Below are positions 6,391-10,765 of a stretch of DNA of 10,765 nucleotides, one piece after another. This DNA is from an uncultured Thermococci archaeon (GTDB taxonomy: Archaea; Methanobacteriota_B; Thermococci; Thermococcales; Thermococcaceae), in NCBI GenBank assembly GCA_964487115.1, contig CAZAPD010000041.1:1-10765 (forward strand). Direction: 5' to 3'. How positions within the stretch are numbered: position 1 is the stretch's first letter; every line of letters starts with the position of its first letter. Under the pieces are notes generated by a model. It did no database searches and was not told the DNA's origin. It worked only from the letters and a program-made list of their open reading frames with translations. The position numbers and the translations under genes are program-made.

Positions 6391-8294
6391 AGGCCCACAC
6401 CCCCTAAAACTGCCACTAAAACCACTATCAGGATCATTGCAAGGGAAAGCATTGAGTCTAAGTCATAGGACAAGACTTCAAACTTGGTTCCAAACATTTT
6501 TCCAATCTTCGCAACTTTCTGCACAAATCCCTTACTAGCGTCACCTAAGACATAAACTTCATTGAAAGCCTCTTTAAAGTCTCTATAATAAGCATCAGCG
6601 GGCATGCTTATGTTGAGGTCTTCACTTCTCCCAGTCTTCCAAGTTGACATAACGCTGCCTCTCGATGGAATAAGTAGCAAAGCTATTAGTGTTGAAACTA
6701 GTAGGAATGCAAAGATTACTATTGGCGAATAGCTGCCTGTTTTCGGCACAACGAGAGAAGGATAAACTACAAGAGAAGCTAACGGAACGCCTATTGAACC
6801 CAAGGCTTGGGATATCATTTTTAATGGAATGAAAGGATAGATTCCAAATGCTATACACAGCAAAGCTAAGAGAAGCTGAGGAGCAGACATTAAGACCGGA
6901 ACTTCCTTTGCATCAATTTCCTTAACTGCGGGTTTTGTAAAGATTGCCGTAAAGTATTTTACGAAAGCTCCAAGAGTCACAGCACTTATGAAAATTGCGA
7001 TTATTCCAAAGAGTGAAGTTGCTGGAGATGAGAGTGTTGAGATGTAAATCATCCATTTGCTCACAAATCCATTGAGAGGTGGCATACCCGCTATTGCAAG
7101 TGATCCTATTAAAGCAGCGAAAGCAGTCGCGGGCATCTTCTTTGCTAAACTCCCCAAATAATTCAAGTCTCTCGTACCAGTTTCATACATTACTGAACCA
7201 GCTGTAAGGAAGAGAAGTCCTTTAAAGAGAGCATGATTCATTGTGTGAAAGAGTGCAGCAGCTAGAGCTATACTTCCCAAGAGCTGACTTCCATTCGCAA
7301 GGAAGTAAATTCCAGCTCCCATGGGTAAAAGGATGTATCCAATGTTGTCTATACTTGAAAAAGCCAATAAACGCTTTGAATCTTCTTGGAGTAGCGCATA
7401 CATCATGCTGAAGAAAAGTGTCAGAACCCCAAATACTGCTATTACAATCCCAATTTCTGGTCTCAATGGGAAGAAGCTTATGAAGAATCTGAGCAACATG
7501 TATATCGGCAGTTTAATCATAATTCCACTCAGTAAGGCTGAAACGTTGCTCGGAGCCTCTGGGTGAGCATCAGGAAGCCATGAGTGGAATGGCACCATAG
7601 CCGCTTTAACTCCAAATCCTATGAGCAATGCGAATGTCAAGGCATAAAGCATGCCTAGATGAGCTGAGAGGTAAGTGGGCAGAATGGTGGCAATTTCGGA
7701 GTAGTTAGCGTTGAAGTTCGTAGCTTTAAGAATTATTAACACAACAGCTAAAACAAGAAACTCGGCTCCAGCTTTTGTCATACAGAAATACTTGAATGCC
7801 GCCTTTACGGCCTTTTCTTCGCTCTGTTCAAATGCAACTAAGAACTGTGAAAATAGGCTCATGAGCTCCCAGAAGATTATGAACCATAGCAAATCCCAGC
7901 ATATCAGCACAAGATACATTGTCAGCAGGAAAATTGGATAGTTGAAAGTGTAAACACGCATGTCTTCTTTGTCGAAATACTTTTCCATGTATTTGATGCC
8001 GTAAATTGACGCACAAAGGCTAAGGGTTCCTAGTATCAGCAGGAAAAACGCTGAAAGCGAATCAACCCTAAATACAAGCCAGTTAAGAGATGTAAAAAGC
8101 GAAGATGAATTAAACAAGTTGTATTTGAGCTCAAGCGTTGTTCTAAACCCTAAGATTCCAACATATATCATTGCCACTGATGCTATTGCTGATAGTGTAC
8201 TTACTATCTTGAGAACTATTTTTGCCTTTGACAACCCTATCAGTGCCGCTATAATTAATATACCAACGGGTATTAACAACATCTGAGTCTCCAT
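6387..8294 (-). CDS. hycC: Hydrogenase antiporter-like ion-translocating membrane subunit (HycC/HyfB, NuoL/M/N family; Mch), 635 aa
   Basis: FWELMS, KAAMVPFHSWLPDAHPEAPSNVSALLSGIMIK, KRLLAFSS, NHALFKGLLF and PPLNGFVSKW, plus a C-terminal amphipathic stretch and final TM helix. RBS AGGTGA at 8306-8301. Confidence 0.92.
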   Translation of the reverse strand: METQMLLIPVGILIIAALIGLSKAKIVLKIVSTLSAIASVAMIYVGILGFRTTLELKYNLFNSSSLFTSLNWLVFRVDSLSAFFLLILGTLSLCASIYGIKYMEKYFDKEDMRVYTFNYPIFLLTMYLVLICWDLLWFIIFWELMSLFSQFLVAFEQSEEKAVKAAFKYFCMTKAGAEFLVLAVVLIILKATNFNANYSEIATILPTYLSAHLGMLYALTFALLIGFGVKAAMVPFHSWLPDAHPEAPSNVSALLSGIMIKLPIYMLLRFFISFFPLRPEIGIVIAVFGVLTLFFSMMYALLQEDSKRLLAFSSIDNIGYILLPMGAGIYFLANGSQLLGSIALAAALFHTMNHALFKGLLFLTAGSVMYETGTRDLNYLGSLAKKMPATAFAALIGSLAIAGMPPLNGFVSKWMIYISTLSSPATSLFGIIAIFISAVTLGAFVKYFTAIFTKPAVKEIDAKEVPVLMSAPQLLLALLCIAFGIYPFIPLKMISQALGSIGVPLASLVVYPSLVVPKTGSYSPIVIFAFLLVSTLIALLLIPSRGSVMSTWKTGRSEDLNISMPADAYYRDFKEAFNEVYVLGDASKGFVQKVAKIGKMFGTKFEVLSYDLDSMLSLAMILIVVLVAVLGGVGL

Positions 8295-8313
8295 TGCTGT
8301 TCACCTGACAGTA

Positions 8314-8330
8314 CTTATAGAAAAAATAAG
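8314..8330 (-). terminator. Possible weak archaeal oligo-T terminator or small hairpin between cooT and the hydrogenase genes
   Basis: The minus strand reads CTTAT-TTTTTCT-ATAAG: a T6 run within a 5-bp inverted repeat, 3 nt after the cooT stop. Function is inferred only. Confidence 0.3.
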
Positions 8331-8333
8331 CAT

Positions 8334-8528
8334 TCAAACAGCAATCCTTAAATAAGCCTTGTGAGCAATGAAATCAATATAATCAATCTCGTATCCCTCA
8401 AGAACAAGTTCTCTACCAAGCAAATTCTTGACAATAATTTTCCCCTCCTTAACTTCAAGCAGAGTCACATCTGTCATAACTACCTCCGCCTTTTCGTCTT
8501 CAAGGACTATGACTTTCGACTGGCACAT
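8334..8528 (-). CDS. cooT: CooT-family small nickel-binding CODH accessory protein, 64 aa
   Basis: Size, N-terminal Met-Cys2, alternating beta-strand-like pattern, a His near the C-terminus (H56, IDFIAH), and position right after cooC (TAAATG junction, RBS AAGGTG). Confidence 0.85.
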   Translation of the reverse strand: MCQSKVIVLEDEKAEVVMTDVTLLEVKEGKIIVKNLLGRELVLEGYEIDYIDFIAHKAYLRIAV

Positions 8529-9335
8529 TTACAACACCTTTGAACGCTTTTTTATGCCCAATATCTTCTTTGCAAGAGCTTCCACGTCTCTATATACTGA
8601 GGAATTCTTTGTAATAAAATCAACACCTTTTCCTTCATTATCAACGAAAATAACAATTTCATCAAAGCTTACAAGATGATAGGGCGTTGAATCTGAGAAG
8701 ACTTTTGCATAAAGCTGAGAAGCCTTTAGGGAGTTGCGAACTTTATTTATTACAAGAAATATATTTGGTATGTTAAGCTGCTTTCCCATTTCTATGAGCT
8801 TCCTTGCTATCATTAGGGACTTTAGGGTTGGCTCTGCTACACATATCATTACATCAAATTTCTCTGCCAGTCCCCGTCCAAATACTTCCGCTCCAGCTTC
8901 ACTGTCTACGATTACAATATCCTTTTCAGAAAGCAGAACGTGCATCAAAAAAGCCCTTGCAAGAGCTAACGCTGGACATAGGCAACCTTCTTTGCTCTGC
9001 TCTATGCTTCCAACGACAACGAGCTTCAAATTTGGTTTTATTGCTATGCCATACTGCTCAGCCAAATCATCAACTTTTGGAGTTAGTGAGAACAGAACCC
9101 CCCAGCCTTCACCCGGTCTTGCTCCAGTTCTTTCCTCCGCAAGCTTTTCATTTCGTGAAAGTGGAACAATTTCTAAAGCTTCCTCGAATGGAACTCCCAG
9201 ACTTTGAGCAAGGTTGGGAACCGAATCTGTGTCCAAAGCCAGTATGTTATACCCTTTGTCGGCTAAGATATGGGCTAATAAAGCTGAAATTGTAGTTTTT
9301 CCAACTCCTCCCTTTCCAGCAATAAGTATCTTCAT
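8529..9335 (-). CDS. cooC: CODH nickel-insertion ATPase CooC (MinD/SIMIBI family), 268 aa
   Basis: Deviant Walker A GKGGVGKTT, DTDSVPNLA, Ni-binding GCLCP and DSEAGAE. Start moved from 9377 to the ATG at 9335 (MKILIAG) with RBS GGGAGG at 9350-9345. Confidence 0.95.
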   Translation of the reverse strand: MKILIAGKGGVGKTTISALLAHILADKGYNILALDTDSVPNLAQSLGVPFEEALEIVPLSRNEKLAEERTGARPGEGWGVLFSLTPKVDDLAEQYGIAIKPNLKLVVVGSIEQSKEGCLCPALALARAFLMHVLLSEKDIVIVDSEAGAEVFGRGLAEKFDVMICVAEPTLKSLMIARKLIEMGKQLNIPNIFLVINKVRNSLKASQLYAKVFSDSTPYHLVSFDEIVIFVDNEGKGVDFITKNSSVYRDVEALAKKILGIKKRSKVL

Positions 9336-9375
9336 TTTAGTGTGCCTCCCAGTGATTACTATAATTGCTCTATTC

Positions 9376-9397
9376 AAAATTAAAAACTAAAGAAAGA
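9376..9397 (-). terminator. Putative archaeal pyrimidine/oligo-T terminator-like tract immediately after cooS
   Basis: The minus strand after the TGA reads TCTTTCTTTAGTTTTTAATTTT. Oligo-T tracts act as intrinsic terminators in Thermococcales, but activity here is inferred. Confidence 0.4.
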
Positions 9398-10765
9398 TCA
9401 AACAGGCCACTTGAGCTTCTTCCTCTTCTCAATTATTACATTGTATATTGTCTCTGCTGCCTTTATTGGATCTGGTTCGACGTAGAACTTTCCTCCGAGG
9501 AGGTCTTCGATATCATCCGTGAGGAGTTTGGTGACTTTCTGGCTTCCGAGAACTGGTGGAACCACGCCTAAGTGAGTGAATACACCGCTTGCAACGAAGT
9601 AAGTTCCAATTGATACTGCCTTCTCGCTCATCCATTCTGGAGCAGAGCCAGCGGCAGGTAAATCTGGAATGTCAACTCCCAATGCATCTGCCAGAGCTCC
9701 AAGAGCTATGAGAATCCTTGAACAGTCAACACAGCTCCCCATGTGCAGGCATGGTGGAATTCCAAGCGCCTCACATATTACTTTTAGTCCTGGGCCAGCT
9801 AATTCAGCAGCCTTTGGTGACATTAAGCCCTCCATCGCTGCTGCAATTCCCCAACAGCCAGTTCCAACAACGAGAATGTCTCTCTTTATGAGCTCCTTGG
9901 CTAATGTTACATGACTGTAATTGTGCTTAACCTTTGGATTAGTACATCCAACGATTCCAACGATTCCTTTAATCGTGCCCTCTCTGAGTGCATTGATCAG
10001 TGGTTCGAGGGTGCCCCCAAGGGCTTCAACTATTGCTTCAACGCTGAAGCCCGCAACCATCTCCACTTTATGCTTGGGTATGTTGACTATTTCCCTTGGT
10101 CTGTTAGGATAGTTTTCGATTGCAATCTTGACTATTTCCCTAGCAATCTCATCGGCCTTCTCTGGTTTGAACTCTATGTGTACCGCTCCGGGTATGTGGC
10201 CTTTGGGTTCGGTTGTGATTATCTTGGTGTGATAACAGCCAGCAACATCAATCAATGATGGCATTATGCACTGGTAGTCCACGATTATAGCTTCAACAGC
10301 ACCTGTTATTATCGCCAGCTCTTGCATCAGGAAGTTTCCAGCTGGAGGAATACCAAGCCTCATTAAAACTTCATTCCCAGTACAGCACATTCCTGCAACA
10401 CTTACACCCTTGGCTCCATACTTCTCTGCAAGCTTTTGCATCTCTTCACTCATGGCAACTTCAACAATCTTAGTTGAGAGAATCGGATTGTGACCGTGGA
10501 CAATTATATTCACGTAGTCTTCCTTAAGGACACCAAGATTTGCCTCTGACTTTATGGGTTTTGGCGTTCCAAAGAGAATGTCGCTTAAATAGGTAGCCAT
10601 CATTGAGCCGCTCCATCCGTCAGCGAGAGAAGTCCTTACGCCGTGAAGGAGAAGTGAAGCCGGGTCTGCATCGACACCCATATGAGTCCTGTGCATGCAC
10701 TCGCATACTTCCCTGTCAATCGCCCTTGGCATGACTCCAAGTCTCTCCCAGACCTTAATCCTCTT
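9398..10765 (-). CDS. cooS: Anaerobic Ni,Fe-carbon monoxide dehydrogenase catalytic subunit, 3' part; start lies beyond the right window edge
   Basis: The frame stays open past the ORF-track Met to the edge (KRIKVWERLGVMPR...). All six C-cluster ligand motifs are present (HGHNP, GMCCTGNE, DYQCIMP, GCTNPK, GTGCW, HMGSCVD), as is the catalytic Lys in WMSEKAVSIG. Confidence 0.98.
   Translation of the reverse strand, partial: KRIKVWERLGVMPRAIDREVCECMHRTHMGVDADPASLLLHGVRTSLADGWSGSMMATYLSDILFGTPKPIKSEANLGVLKEDYVNIIVHGHNPILSTKIVEVAMSEEMQKLAEKYGAKGVSVAGMCCTGNEVLMRLGIPPAGNFLMQELAIITGAVEAIIVDYQCIMPSLIDVAGCYHTKIITTEPKGHIPGAVHIEFKPEKADEIAREIVKIAIENYPNRPREIVNIPKHKVEMVAGFSVEAIVEALGGTLEPLINALREGTIKGIVGIVGCTNPKVKHNYSHVTLAKELIKRDILVVGTGCWGIAAAMEGLMSPKAAELAGPGLKVICEALGIPPCLHMGSCVDCSRILIALGALADALGVDIPDLPAAGSAPEWMSEKAVSIGTYFVASGVFTHLGVVPPVLGSQKVTKLLTDDIEDLLGGKFYVEPDPIKAAETIYNVIIEKRKKLKWPV

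Noticed and set aside
6622..8337. Alternate-frame minus-strand ORFs 6622-6858, 7828-8016 and 8143-8337
   Set aside because: They are nested in or overlap the intact 635-aa hycC frame and show no motifs. 8143-8337 begins at a TGAATG just after cooT but would overlap hycC by about 150 nt, and hycC has its own good RBS.
8100..8800. Locally AT-rich stretch compared with parts of cooS, as a possible sign of horizontal transfer
   Set aside because: Spot counts vary widely even within cooS, and no mobile-element signature is visible. A sliding-window GC and codon-usage analysis against the host genome would be needed.
8734..9295. Plus-strand ORFs of 157 aa (8734-9207) and 163 aa (8804-9295)
   Set aside because: Both lie entirely antisense to a well-supported cooC and have no recognisable motif; they look like shadow ORFs.
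2529..9377. Longer ORF-track starts for mnhG (2588), hycG (3402), hycE (5536) and cooC (9377)
   Set aside because: They add non-homologous N-terminal extensions, mostly overlapping upstream genes. Downstream starts at 2528, 3381, 5506 and 9335 have clear RBSs and fit the packing.
236..10258. All other plus-strand ORFs of 60-121 aa in the track
   Set aside because: Each overlaps a conserved minus-strand gene on the opposite strand and shows no recognisable family motif.
10730..10732. ATG at 10732 as the cooS start, implying a truncated CODH lacking B/D-cluster ligands
   Set aside because: The frame is open to the window edge, so the missing N-terminus is a window artefact rather than a pseudogene.

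Overview
The whole window is one tightly packed minus-strand operon fragment of 15 genes, with the first and last cut off by the window edges. In transcription order (high to low coordinates) it has three modules. (1) CO oxidation: anaerobic Ni,Fe-CO dehydrogenase cooS (3' part), Ni-insertion ATPase cooC and small Ni chaperone cooT. (2) A five-gene group 4 membrane-bound, H2-evolving [NiFe]-hydrogenase (HycC/HyfB-, HycD-, HycE-, HycF- and HycG-like). (3) A seven-gene Mrp/Mnh Na+/H+ antiporter module (F, G, DUF4040, B, C, E, D). Gene content, order and GGAGG/GGTGA ribosome-binding sites match the codh-mch-mnh (CODH / hydrogenase / Mrp) cluster of carboxydotrophic Thermococcus, which couples CO + H2O -> CO2 + H2 to ion-gradient formation. 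The system as a whole is already described, not new. The details worth checking are a His instead of the usual Arg at the hydrogenase L2 cleavage motif, a CxC in the C-terminal tail, a Lys in the antiporter-like subunit where HycC/HyfB have Glu, a split and re-fused MrpA/MrpB architecture, T-tracts in the only two sizeable spacers, and an mnhD fragment missed by the ORF track. No RNA genes, CRISPR arrays, mobile elements or pseudogenes were seen.
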